Part shown: piece by piece, positions 1 to 7,438 of the stretch
How positions within the stretch are numbered: the first letter of the stretch is position 1
How the letters are laid out: each line of letters opens with the position of its first letter
DNA from: a virus
Taxonomy: Duplodnaviria > Caudoviricetes
Virus record (IMG/VR): IMGVR_UViG_3300042348_000707
Location: 1-36,271 of that record
Length of the DNA stretch: 36,271 nt
Direction: 5' to 3' (one strand)
The notes under the pieces: model-generated
Told to the model about the DNA's origin: nothing
The model's input: the letters and a program-made list of their open reading frames with translations, nothing else
The model's database searches: none
Program-made: the position numbers and the translations under genes

Positions 1-168
1 CCCAACATTAACTGGGAAACCATCACAATGAGTGATATGGAAATCATTGCACGGAAGTGGAATGGCGGTCCTAATGGACACAAAAAGGGTGCTACTAAGC
101 ACTATTGGAATAAAGTTTCAAAAATGGTCTACAAAGACCTTAAAACAAGGGGATTTATCACTGGTTAA
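1..168 (+). CDS. 3' end of an i-type lysozyme/destabilase-like (lysozyme-fold) cell-wall hydrolase; partial and absent from the ORF track
   Basis: Frame 1 reads PNINWETITMSDMEIIARKWNGGPNGHKKGATKHYWNKVSKMVYKDLKTRGFITG* with TAA at 166-168. ARxWNGGPxG...T..YWxKV matches the C-terminal signature of i-type lysozymes and their bacterial/phage homologues. Confidence 0.7.
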   Translation, partial: PNINWETITMSDMEIIARKWNGGPNGHKKGATKHYWNKVSKMVYKDLKTRGFITG

Positions 169-191
169 TATCAGTGATATGCGAGAGAATT

Positions 192-228
192 TTGTCTCAA
201 ATTTAGTAAACTTTTGAGACAATTTTTT
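192..228 (+). terminator. Probable intrinsic terminator downstream of the lysozyme-like gene
   Basis: TTGTCTCAAA (192-201) pairs with TTTGAGACAA (213-222), followed by T6 (223-228). Confidence 0.55.
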
Positions 229-260
229 ACATACCGACCATTTTTCTCTCGTATCATGTC

Positions 261-267
261 TATTTAT
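261..267 (+). promoter_or_regulatory. TATTTAT candidate phage late-promoter element
   Basis: Lies 5 nt before the ATG at 273. The same 10-mer TATTTATCTG recurs at 4141, and the 7-mer recurs in other intergenic gaps. Confidence 0.45.
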
Positions 268-272
268 CTGAA

Positions 273-551
273 ATGAAGTTTACAATTTTGGAGAAGTGGG
301 TGGAAATACTATCATCTTTTATATTAGGGTTTGTTGCTATGTGGGTTGCATTGAGATTTGGGATAATGAAACCAACTCATATAGAACATAAACAAACAAT
401 GATTGAAATGGCAAATGCATATAGTAATAATCAAAAAATCTGTAAGGAACTGAAAGATTATTCTATGAAACAAATCAAGAACGGTAATTATGAGTTTATA
501 GAAGTCATAGATACAATAAAAAGGAAAAATAATGACAAAACAAGAACATAA
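273..551 (+). CDS. Hypothetical protein with an N-terminal transmembrane helix
   Basis: 92-aa ORF with hydrophobic stretch ILSSFILGFVAMWVALRFGIM; overlaps the next gene. Confidence 0.65.
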   Translation: MKFTILEKWVEILSSFILGFVAMWVALRFGIMKPTHIEHKQTMIEMANAYSNNQKICKELKDYSMKQIKNGNYEFIEVIDTIKRKNNDKTRT

Positions 552-1008
552 ATTAAAATCTATGCTTAACTACTATGAAGTAGACTTGCGTGGAGGAAAA
601 GATGAAAAGATGACTAAAAAGGCATTAAGTAGATTTTTAGACAACTTTAATCAAATTTATGATTTTTATGTTTTACAAGATATAATGAAAAAAATAAAAG
701 ATAAACGAAAAGAAGAAATGGGTGATGAAGAAGATGATGATTTCATGATGCCACCATCTGAATTACCTAAAAATGATGAAGAAGATACATTTGAAGATGA
801 AATGTTAAAAAATCCAGAAGATTTTTTTGGTAAAAAAAACTTAAAAGGAAAAGATAAGAACTTTAATGATCCAATAGATACTGATATAAATAAATTTTTA
901 AAATGGCTCACCATGTTGTTGTATTCAGGTGACCATACAGTTATCATCACAGAAGATAAAAGTGGTATAAACATTAAGTTAGTAAAGATAAACAAAGGTA
1001 AAAAATAA
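532..1008 (+). CDS. Hypothetical protein with an acidic central region
   Basis: 158-aa ORF with AAGGA upstream and tight packing with thyX. Confidence 0.7.
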   Translation: MTKQEHKLKSMLNYYEVDLRGGKDEKMTKKALSRFLDNFNQIYDFYVLQDIMKKIKDKRKEEMGDEEDDDFMMPPSELPKNDEEDTFEDEMLKNPEDFFGKKNLKGKDKNFNDPIDTDINKFLKWLTMLLYSGDHTVIITEDKSGINIKLVKINKGKK

Positions 1009-1011
1009 GTT

Positions 1012-1686
1012 ATGTCCGTAAGATTAGTTTCGATCACAAACCCATCAGAATTAGTTAAATTTACCGAAGATGGTTCATTCACAACAGTTACACCAGAAGA
1101 ATTGATAGTTTATATTGCAAGAGTAAGTAATCCAGATAATCAGATGAATATGGAAACTGCTCCAAAATTGATAAACTACCTAATTAAACATAAACATTGG
1201 TCTCCATTTGAATTTGTAGATATGACAGTTGAGATTGTTACTCGAAGAAGTATTGCAGCTCAAATTCTTCGTCATAAATCTTTTGCTTTCCAAGAATTTT
1301 CACAAAGATATTCAACTGCAACAGAAGTTCAATCCATAGAATTGAGACGGCAAGGAAAAACAAATAGACAGAGTTCAGAAGAAGTTATTCCTGATTTTGC
1401 TTTAGATCGTGACATTAAACAACACATTGCAAATTCAAAAATGTTATATGATAAATTGATCAAACAAGGTATATCACGAGAAACTGCCCGTGATGTTCTT
1501 CCACTTGCAACGGAAACAACTATGTATATGAAAGGTTCTGTTCGTAGTTGGATTCACTACTTGGATCTTCGTTGTTCTCCTGATACACAAAAGGAACATC
1601 GTTTAATTGCAGAGGGTATAAAAACTATTTTTGTTAATAATTTCCCAAACATATCAGACTCATTGAATTGGAGTATAACGTTATGA
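1012..1686 (+). CDS. thyX: Flavin-dependent thymidylate synthase
   Basis: ThyX motif RHKSFAFQEFSQRY, plus HWSPFE, ARVS, ETARDVLP and LRCSPDTQKEHR. Confidence 0.95.
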   Translation: MSVRLVSITNPSELVKFTEDGSFTTVTPEELIVYIARVSNPDNQMNMETAPKLINYLIKHKHWSPFEFVDMTVEIVTRRSIAAQILRHKSFAFQEFSQRYSTATEVQSIELRRQGKTNRQSSEEVIPDFALDRDIKQHIANSKMLYDKLIKQGISRETARDVLPLATETTMYMKGSVRSWIHYLDLRCSPDTQKEHRLIAEGIKTIFVNNFPNISDSLNWSITL

Positions 1687-2231
1687 GTGAATTAAACATT
1701 AAAGATAATCGTAATTTGGATTACACTATGCTTCAAGAAATTATTTATTGTGGTATAGGTGATGGTGAGAGTGTTTTACATTTCGGTGCGTATGCATACG
1801 GAAATGATTTTTTGAAAATTTTAGAAGATTTGGAGTTGGATATTTCATATACTGCGGTAGATACCAAAAAGGAAATAGACACAATATTTTCTGATTTCAA
1901 ACCAAGTGAAAGAAATAATCCGTGGGTGTCTGTGAATGAATCTATGCAAGAATTTATAGACAATATTGATTATGAAAAATATCATTGGACAATAATTACT
2001 GGAGTCTTTGATAAACCAATATACAATGATAAACAATATGTTTTTATTGATATGGTTATCAAGAGTTGCTTAAGTTTTTCCGATAATTTAGTATTTACAT
2101 TAGACGTAAAAAATACGGAAGAATTTGAATACAACACAGGATTTTTAGTATTACATTTATTATCGAAGTATAACAAATTAACAGTAAAAAAACTATCAGA
2201 AGATAAGTTTATTTTTTGTATTAACAAATAA
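1683..2231 (+). CDS. Class I SAM-methyltransferase-like protein with a degenerate motif I
   Basis: ESVLHFGAYAYG...YTAVD...YHWTIITGVF follows the motif I/II/IV layout. The start is placed at the ATGA overlap with the thyX stop, with GGAG at 1670-1673. Confidence 0.5.
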   Translation: MSELNIKDNRNLDYTMLQEIIYCGIGDGESVLHFGAYAYGNDFLKILEDLELDISYTAVDTKKEIDTIFSDFKPSERNNPWVSVNESMQEFIDNIDYEKYHWTIITGVFDKPIYNDKQYVFIDMVIKSCLSFSDNLVFTLDVKNTEEFEYNTGFLVLHLLSKYNKLTVKKLSEDKFIFCINK

Positions 2232-2243
2232 AAGGAGTTCTAT

Positions 2244-2513
2244 ATGTTAGAACATTTTTTTGCAATATTATTGCAATCGGTTTTGCCTTTTTTAATAGGC
2301 GGTGGTGGTGTTTGGTTGTATTACCGTAATAAGTTTACGGAAGTTCTTACTGAACTAGAAGACAAAAAGTTGATTATCAAAACCATTCATCAACACTCTG
2401 ATGATATTGAAAGGGAAAACGTAAAAAAGTTTGCCAAAGAACACAATGCTAAAGTTGCCAAAGAAAAAGTTAAAAAAGCAAAAAAACCTACAAAAAGAGT
2501 GTTGAAAGGATAA
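2244..2513 (+). CDS. Small membrane-anchored protein with a Lys-rich tail
   Basis: AAGGAG Shine-Dalgarno (SD) sequence; N-terminal hydrophobic helix ending GGGGVWLYY. Confidence 0.7.
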   Translation: MLEHFFAILLQSVLPFLIGGGGVWLYYRNKFTEVLTELEDKKLIIKTIHQHSDDIERENVKKFAKEHNAKVAKEKVKKAKKPTKRVLKG

Positions 2514-2552
2514 TTATATCTATAAACAATGTTTTTAAGATTGGAGAAAAAT

Positions 2553-3083
2553 ATGAAAAAGTATGTTGGTTTTATTTTAATAGTTTTTAGTTTGTTTTTC
2601 ATTGGCTGTAATGAAAATCCACTACCAACACCAGATACTACTGTGTTTGAAAAAAGAACACCTGTTCAAAAAGATTCTGTAAAAAGAAGAATCCCCATCG
2701 AAAAAGTATTGCCTTGCTTGGGATTGACGAGAGAACAAGATAGTGTAATACGATTGATTCTCAAAGAATCAAGACAATGTGAAATTGAATGTAAAAAAGA
2801 ATTTCAAGAATCAGTAATAACACTTCGTCAAGAATATCACGCTAAATTGGAAAAATATCGTGGTGTTGAAAAAACAGATGAAATAAAAAAAGAAATACAA
2901 ATAATTACTTTTGAATTTCGTCAAACACAAAGAGATTTGGAAAAACAATATAAATTAAAAATGGCAGAATGTGTAAAAATCTTACATACTGACATTGAGG
3001 TATTATTGAGAAAAGACCAACTAACACTTTGGAATCTTTGGAAGGCAACCGGTAAAGTTCCATGTGATAGAGTTAAACCTTGA
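2553..3083 (+). CDS. Lipoprotein with a Spy/CpxP-like (LTxxQ) helical domain
   Basis: GGAG SD before the ATG at 2553. Signal peptide MKKYVGFILIVFSLFFIG-C has a lipobox-like Cys. LGLTREQ and LLRKDQ flank long charged helices. Confidence 0.55.
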   Translation: MKKYVGFILIVFSLFFIGCNENPLPTPDTTVFEKRTPVQKDSVKRRIPIEKVLPCLGLTREQDSVIRLILKESRQCEIECKKEFQESVITLRQEYHAKLEKYRGVEKTDEIKKEIQIITFEFRQTQRDLEKQYKLKMAECVKILHTDIEVLLRKDQLTLWNLWKATGKVPCDRVKP

Positions 3084-3119
3084 TCCATTGTTCGGAATGG
3101 AAAGGGTAAACCCCTAATA

Positions 3120-3145
3120 GCCCCTACAACTTGTAGGGGTTTTTT
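3120..3145 (+). terminator. Intrinsic terminator
   Basis: Inverted repeat GCCCCTACAA / TTGTAGGGGT followed by a T-tract. Confidence 0.85.
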
Positions 3146-3153
3146 ATTTTGCT

Positions 3154-3181
3154 TTGATCACATTCATAAATTTTGTATATT
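3154..3181 (+). promoter_or_regulatory. Sigma70-like (early) promoter for uvsE
   Basis: TTGATC-16 nt-TATATT directly after the terminator and 33 nt before the uvsE start. Confidence 0.45.
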
Positions 3182-3214
3182 GATATATTATTCATTAAAC
3201 ATTAACGCCAACCT

Positions 3215-4120
3215 ATGAAACTTGGATATGCCTGTATAAACATGACTTTATCAAAAGATAAAATCACTACCAATCGTTCCATGATTAAAAAAACATTCCT
3301 ACAAAAAGGTTTAGATTACTGTTCTGAACTTGCCTATATGAATGTTGTTGATATGGAGAAGATTATCAAATGGAATGTTCAAAACGGTATTTACTTATTC
3401 CGCACATCTTCTAATGTATTTCCTTGGGGTTCTGAATATGATTTGGAACAACTAAAAGATATTGATAAAATCAAGATTGTCCTCAAACGAATTGGTGATT
3501 ATGCAAAAGAACATGGTGTTCGTCTATCATGTCATCCTGGACCATTCAATGTTTTGTGTTCACCTAATCCTGATGTTGTAAAGAATACCATAATTGATTT
3601 GGAACTACACGGTAAAGTATTTGACATGATGGGATTATCACATACACCATACAATAAAATCAACATACATTGTAATGGTGTTTATGGTGACAAGAACGCT
3701 TCACTTGACCGTTGGTGTCAAAACTTTCAATTACTATCCCATAGTGTTCGTTCAAGACTTACCATTGAGAATGATGATAAACCAAATATGTATTCGGTTA
3801 AAGACCTTATGAAAATTCACGAATGTTGTGGTATTCCCATTGTATTTGATTATCACCACCACCAATTTTGCACTGGCGATTTGACTGAACAGCAAGCACT
3901 TGAACTTGCCATATCAACATGGCCAGAAGGTATTACACCTGCAGTTCATTATTCTTCATCAAGACTTAAAGAGACTGGTAATCCAAAAGAAAAACCACAA
4001 GCTCATGCAGACTACATATTGGAAAAAATCAACACATACGGACATGATCTTGATATTATGTTAGAATGTAAAGCAAAAGAACTGGCTCTCAAACGATACC
4101 TAACAGAATACGGAATCTAA
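3215..4120 (+). CDS. uvsE: UV damage endonuclease (UVDE)
   Basis: Motifs LGYACIN, RLSCHPGPF, IENDDK, VFDYHHH, VHYS, AHADYI and DIMLECKAKE. Confidence 0.95.
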   Translation: MKLGYACINMTLSKDKITTNRSMIKKTFLQKGLDYCSELAYMNVVDMEKIIKWNVQNGIYLFRTSSNVFPWGSEYDLEQLKDIDKIKIVLKRIGDYAKEHGVRLSCHPGPFNVLCSPNPDVVKNTIIDLELHGKVFDMMGLSHTPYNKINIHCNGVYGDKNASLDRWCQNFQLLSHSVRSRLTIENDDKPNMYSVKDLMKIHECCGIPIVFDYHHHQFCTGDLTEQQALELAISTWPEGITPAVHYSSSRLKETGNPKEKPQAHADYILEKINTYGHDLDIMLECKAKELALKRYLTEYGI

Positions 4121-4126
4121 CTCAAA

Positions 4127-4177
4127 ATCCCAAAAGTTCATATTTATCTGTATGTATTTATGAACAATGATTGGGAT
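4127..4177 (+). promoter_or_regulatory. Stem-loop containing two TATTTAT motifs and sequestering the ribosome-binding site of the downstream gene
   Basis: ATCCCAA (4127-4133) pairs with TTGGGAT (4171-4177), and GTTCATA (4136-4142) pairs with TATGAAC (4159-4165). TATTTAT occurs at 4141 and 4155; the ATG is at 4182. Confidence 0.55.
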
Positions 4178-4181
4178 ATAA

Positions 4182-5249
4182 ATGTCATACAAATTATTCT
4201 CTCTGAAAAATCTAATCTGGTTTTGTGCTATCGGATTGGCAGTATTTTCAGGATACTACTCTGTTTATGGTATATCCAAACTATTTTCTGGTGGTTCTTG
4301 GTCGATCGTGGGGATGGCCGGTATGCTGGAATTTTCTAAATTAGTGGTTATCACATTCCTACATGACCACTATAAAACCCTAAAAACCACTTTCAAAGTA
4401 TATCTAATGTCTTCCGCTGTTATTCTTATGATATTAACATCGGTTGGTGTTTACGGGTATCTCACTAATTCTTATCAAGAAACTGCAAAAGAAATATACG
4501 AAACACAAAATAAGATTGCATTGATTGATAAAAAGAAAGAAATCTTCCTTGAACAAAAATCACAAATAGATACTCTAGTAAAACAAAAGGGGCAGAGAAT
4601 ATCATCTTATGATCAATTGAGATTAACACAAGAAAATTCTCTGAATAATCAATTAACACAGAAAAAGGGAACAAAGGGTTTACAAAAAAATATCCAATCT
4701 GTTGATAATTCTACACAAACATTAAACAAAGAAATATCGGAACTAAATCAAAAATCTATTGGTTTATCTGATAGTCTTGCTAAATTGGAACAAGAAAAAT
4801 TAGTTCTTGAAAATTCAACATTTACTTCTGAAATAGGACCACTGCTTTATTTGAGTAGATTAACTGGTGCTCCTATGGACATCATTGTAAATTGGTTCAT
4901 ATTAGTATTAGTTTCAGTATTTGATCCACTTGCAGTTAGTTTGGTAATTGCAGCAAATCATTTAAGACATAAGGAATTGGAAAAACAAATTCCACCAGAA
5001 GATGATGATTCTCCGCCACCAACTAAAAAAGAAGAAGTTGTGGAAGATGTTGTAGATGTTATATTACCATCCGAAGAAATAAAAATACAAGATGTTGTTG
5101 TTAAGAAAAAACAAAAATTAAAAAAAGAAAAAAAACCTTTGGAAGTTAAGGAAGAAAATGTTATATTAGATCAGCAAAACGAACAGATGGCATTTTACCA
5201 AGAAAGTTCTCGTCCTGATTTAGGATATAGGAGAGGTGTAAACGTGTAA
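4182..5249 (+). CDS. Multi-pass membrane protein with a long coiled coil (phage hypothetical)
   Basis: Three N-terminal TM helices, a coiled coil of about 120 aa, a fourth TM (FILVLVSVFDPLAVSLVIAA) and a charged tail. Confidence 0.8.
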   Translation: MSYKLFSLKNLIWFCAIGLAVFSGYYSVYGISKLFSGGSWSIVGMAGMLEFSKLVVITFLHDHYKTLKTTFKVYLMSSAVILMILTSVGVYGYLTNSYQETAKEIYETQNKIALIDKKKEIFLEQKSQIDTLVKQKGQRISSYDQLRLTQENSLNNQLTQKKGTKGLQKNIQSVDNSTQTLNKEISELNQKSIGLSDSLAKLEQEKLVLENSTFTSEIGPLLYLSRLTGAPMDIIVNWFILVLVSVFDPLAVSLVIAANHLRHKELEKQIPPEDDDSPPPTKKEEVVEDVVDVILPSEEIKIQDVVVKKKQKLKKEKKPLEVKEENVILDQQNEQMAFYQESSRPDLGYRRGVNV

Positions 5250-5283
5250 AATGTCTTAAATTTATTCAACGAAGGAGTTTTAT

Positions 5284-5943
5284 ATGAATGATTTTTATGA
5301 AGGTGAAGAATCGGTTGAACAAAAACCGGTAAACAATAAATCCAAAGAAGTTGAAACTGATATTCCTGTTAGATGGAAAGAAGCAACAACACAGATGGAT
5401 TATGGTATTGATGTTGAAGCATCTTCTGTTTTATTATTCGGTGAAATAATGGATGGTTCTTTATATGACATTATCACTCGTATTCGTGCAATACTACATA
5501 TGAGAAAAGATGAACAAAAAAATGATCCAATCAATTTAATAATAAATTCAGATGGTGGTTCGGTATATGAAGCACTTGGTATTATTGATTATATCCAAAG
5601 TCTTGATGTAAAAGTAAATACTATATGTAGAGGAAGGGCAATGTCTGCTGCTGCTCTAATACTCTGTGCAGGAACTGGTGTTCGAGCTGCATCACAATAC
5701 TCTACAATCATGTTCCATGAAATTAGTTCTGATATTTACGGTAAATCATCTGATATGAAAGCTAATGTTCAACACATGGAAAAATTGGAAGAAATACTTT
5801 TAGAAATACTTAAATCAAACTCAAATAAAGATGTAGAATTTTGGAAAAATGTCACAATAAAGGATTATTACATAACACCAAAAGATGCTCTAAATCTTGG
5901 TGTAATAGATGCAATTATTCCTCCAAAACATAAGAGAGGTTGA
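5284..5943 (+). CDS. clpP: ClpP-family serine protease
   Basis: INSDGGSV, catalytic Ser in AMSAA, His in IMFHE, Asp in KDYY and DALNLGVID; AAGGAG SD. Confidence 0.9.
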   Translation: MNDFYEGEESVEQKPVNNKSKEVETDIPVRWKEATTQMDYGIDVEASSVLLFGEIMDGSLYDIITRIRAILHMRKDEQKNDPINLIINSDGGSVYEALGIIDYIQSLDVKVNTICRGRAMSAAALILCAGTGVRAASQYSTIMFHEISSDIYGKSSDMKANVQHMEKLEEILLEILKSNSNKDVEFWKNVTIKDYYITPKDALNLGVIDAIIPPKHKRG

Positions 5944-5944
5944 T

Positions 5945-6316
5945 ATGATGATAACTATAATCGCACTAACTATATGTTTGGGTATTTCTCTTTTTGTTAA
6001 TATGAATTTAACAAGAAAGTTTGAGAAGTTAGAACAGATGGCAGAAGAAAGTGTTGATTCTCTATTAGAAAATGAAAAGTTTTTAACAGAATTAAGAAAT
6101 AGAATACGGTCACAACAATCCTATTTAAGACAATTAGATAGGATTGGTTCGTTTGAAGCAGATGATGAAACTGGATATTTCTTCAAAGAAATGAAAGATA
6201 TTATGAATGATATTGCAGTTTACTTTGGTGAAAACCCAATAGATGATGAAAAGAAAAGTATTCTTGAAAGACAAAATCAAGCAGATGTTTCCTTTGATAA
6301 GGAAGGTTGGTTATGA
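5945..6316 (+). CDS. Membrane-anchored coiled-coil hypothetical protein
   Basis: GAGG SD before the ATG at 5945; N-terminal TM helix; FEADDETGYFF motif. Confidence 0.7.
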   Translation: MMITIIALTICLGISLFVNMNLTRKFEKLEQMAEESVDSLLENEKFLTELRNRIRSQQSYLRQLDRIGSFEADDETGYFFKEMKDIMNDIAVYFGENPIDDEKKSILERQNQADVSFDKEGWL

Positions 6317-7047
6317 AACAAAAAAGAAGTCCTAAAAAGCCAAATGTTTACTTTACAAAAGAAACTGAAAATGCAATAGTTCTTTACAATGAACTAGATG
6401 ATGAATTCCAAAAAAACTTATTATACACTCAAAAAATACATCCTGCTTTTTACAAACTCGCAGAAATTATGATTCACCGTTTTAAGTTTTACAATTTTGA
6501 TGTTTCACACGAAGACGTAAAACATGAAGTAATTGCTTTTTTACATGAAAAAATAAACAAGTATAAAGCAGAAAACGGTAAAGCATTTTCTTATTTTTCT
6601 ATTGTTGCAAAAAATTATTTGATAGCAGAGAATAATAAAAACTATTATCATTTTAAGAGAAGTCAAGGTATTGATGCAATAGACATTGAAAGAAATATAG
6701 TAAATGAAAAAGTTAGAATGGATTTGATAGAAGAAAAGAGAGATTTTATAGACATATTTGTAAATGTTTTTGAGAAAAATTTAGCGTTGTTTTTTAGCAA
6801 ACAAAGAGATATACAAGTTGCTGATTCTATAATTTACCTTTTTAAGACAAGAGAGAATATAGAAAATTACAATAAGAAGGCAATTTACATATTAGTAAGG
6901 GAAAGAACTGGTGTCAGTTCTCAATATATTACAAATGTAATCACGAGAGTAAAACAAATTTATAGCAAACTTTATGTACAGTATAAAGATGGAAGAAATA
7001 TAGAAAATTTAACTTGGTATCAAATCCAAGACATTATTAACAAATGA
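6313..7047 (+). CDS. Phage RNA polymerase sigma factor (T4 gp55-like, sigma70 region 2)
   Basis: The layout YF...FYKLAEIMIHRFKF...EDVKHE...KYKAENGKAFSYFSIVAKNYL parallels gp55-type sigma region 2 (K.AFSYF/NPFAYFT). ATGA overlap with the upstream gene. Confidence 0.7.
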   Translation: MKQKRSPKKPNVYFTKETENAIVLYNELDDEFQKNLLYTQKIHPAFYKLAEIMIHRFKFYNFDVSHEDVKHEVIAFLHEKINKYKAENGKAFSYFSIVAKNYLIAENNKNYYHFKRSQGIDAIDIERNIVNEKVRMDLIEEKRDFIDIFVNVFEKNLALFFSKQRDIQVADSIIYLFKTRENIENYNKKAIYILVRERTGVSSQYITNVITRVKQIYSKLYVQYKDGRNIENLTWYQIQDIINK

Positions 7048-7049
7048 TA

Positions 7050-7056
7050 TATTTAT
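7050..7056 (+). promoter_or_regulatory. TATTTAT candidate late promoter at the start of the virion gene block
   Basis: Occupies the 13-nt gap between the sigma gene and the ORF at 7061. Confidence 0.45.
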
Positions 7057-7060
7057 TGAT

Positions 7061-7438
7061 ATGAACTTTGATCAAGAACTTTTTGGCAATAAAAAATTTT
7101 CTGATTTACTTAAAGACATTTACGATAATCAGAAAAAGAAAGATCGTCAGATAAATTTACTTATTGCTGACTTAAAACCGATGCTTAATAACATAAGCGA
7201 TGCTTCTATTTTAGTGCCAGCAATAAAAGATTTTATGGAAGTTTCTGTTAAAAATGATGAACATCTAGTAAAATTGGCAGCAGTTGTTCAAAGAGCAATG
7301 TCTAATAAAACAGAAGAATCTAATTCGTTCTTGACAGATGATGAAAAAGAAGAACTTATGAAAAGTATTCAACAAATTCAAGAAGAACAAGAGGAAGTTG
7401 TTACAGATGAACGCACAAAAAACGATAATCAATGGTAG
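7061..7438 (+). CDS. Helical hypothetical protein, possibly terminase-small-subunit-like
   Basis: 125-aa all-helical ORF heading the structural block. The function guess rests only on size and helical pattern. Confidence 0.6.
   Translation: MNFDQELFGNKKFSDLLKDIYDNQKKKDRQINLLIADLKPMLNNISDASILVPAIKDFMEVSVKNDEHLVKLAAVVQRAMSNKTEESNSFLTDDEKEELMKSIQQIQEEQEEVVTDERTKNDNQW

Noticed and set aside
32-217. 61-aa ORF in the track
   Set aside because: It overlaps the frame-1 lysozyme-like CDS, which has a recognisable motif, and runs into the hairpin region.
273-551. Holin call for the TM protein after the lysozyme-like gene
   Set aside because: It has only one TM helix, is separated by a terminator-like hairpin and shows no family motif.
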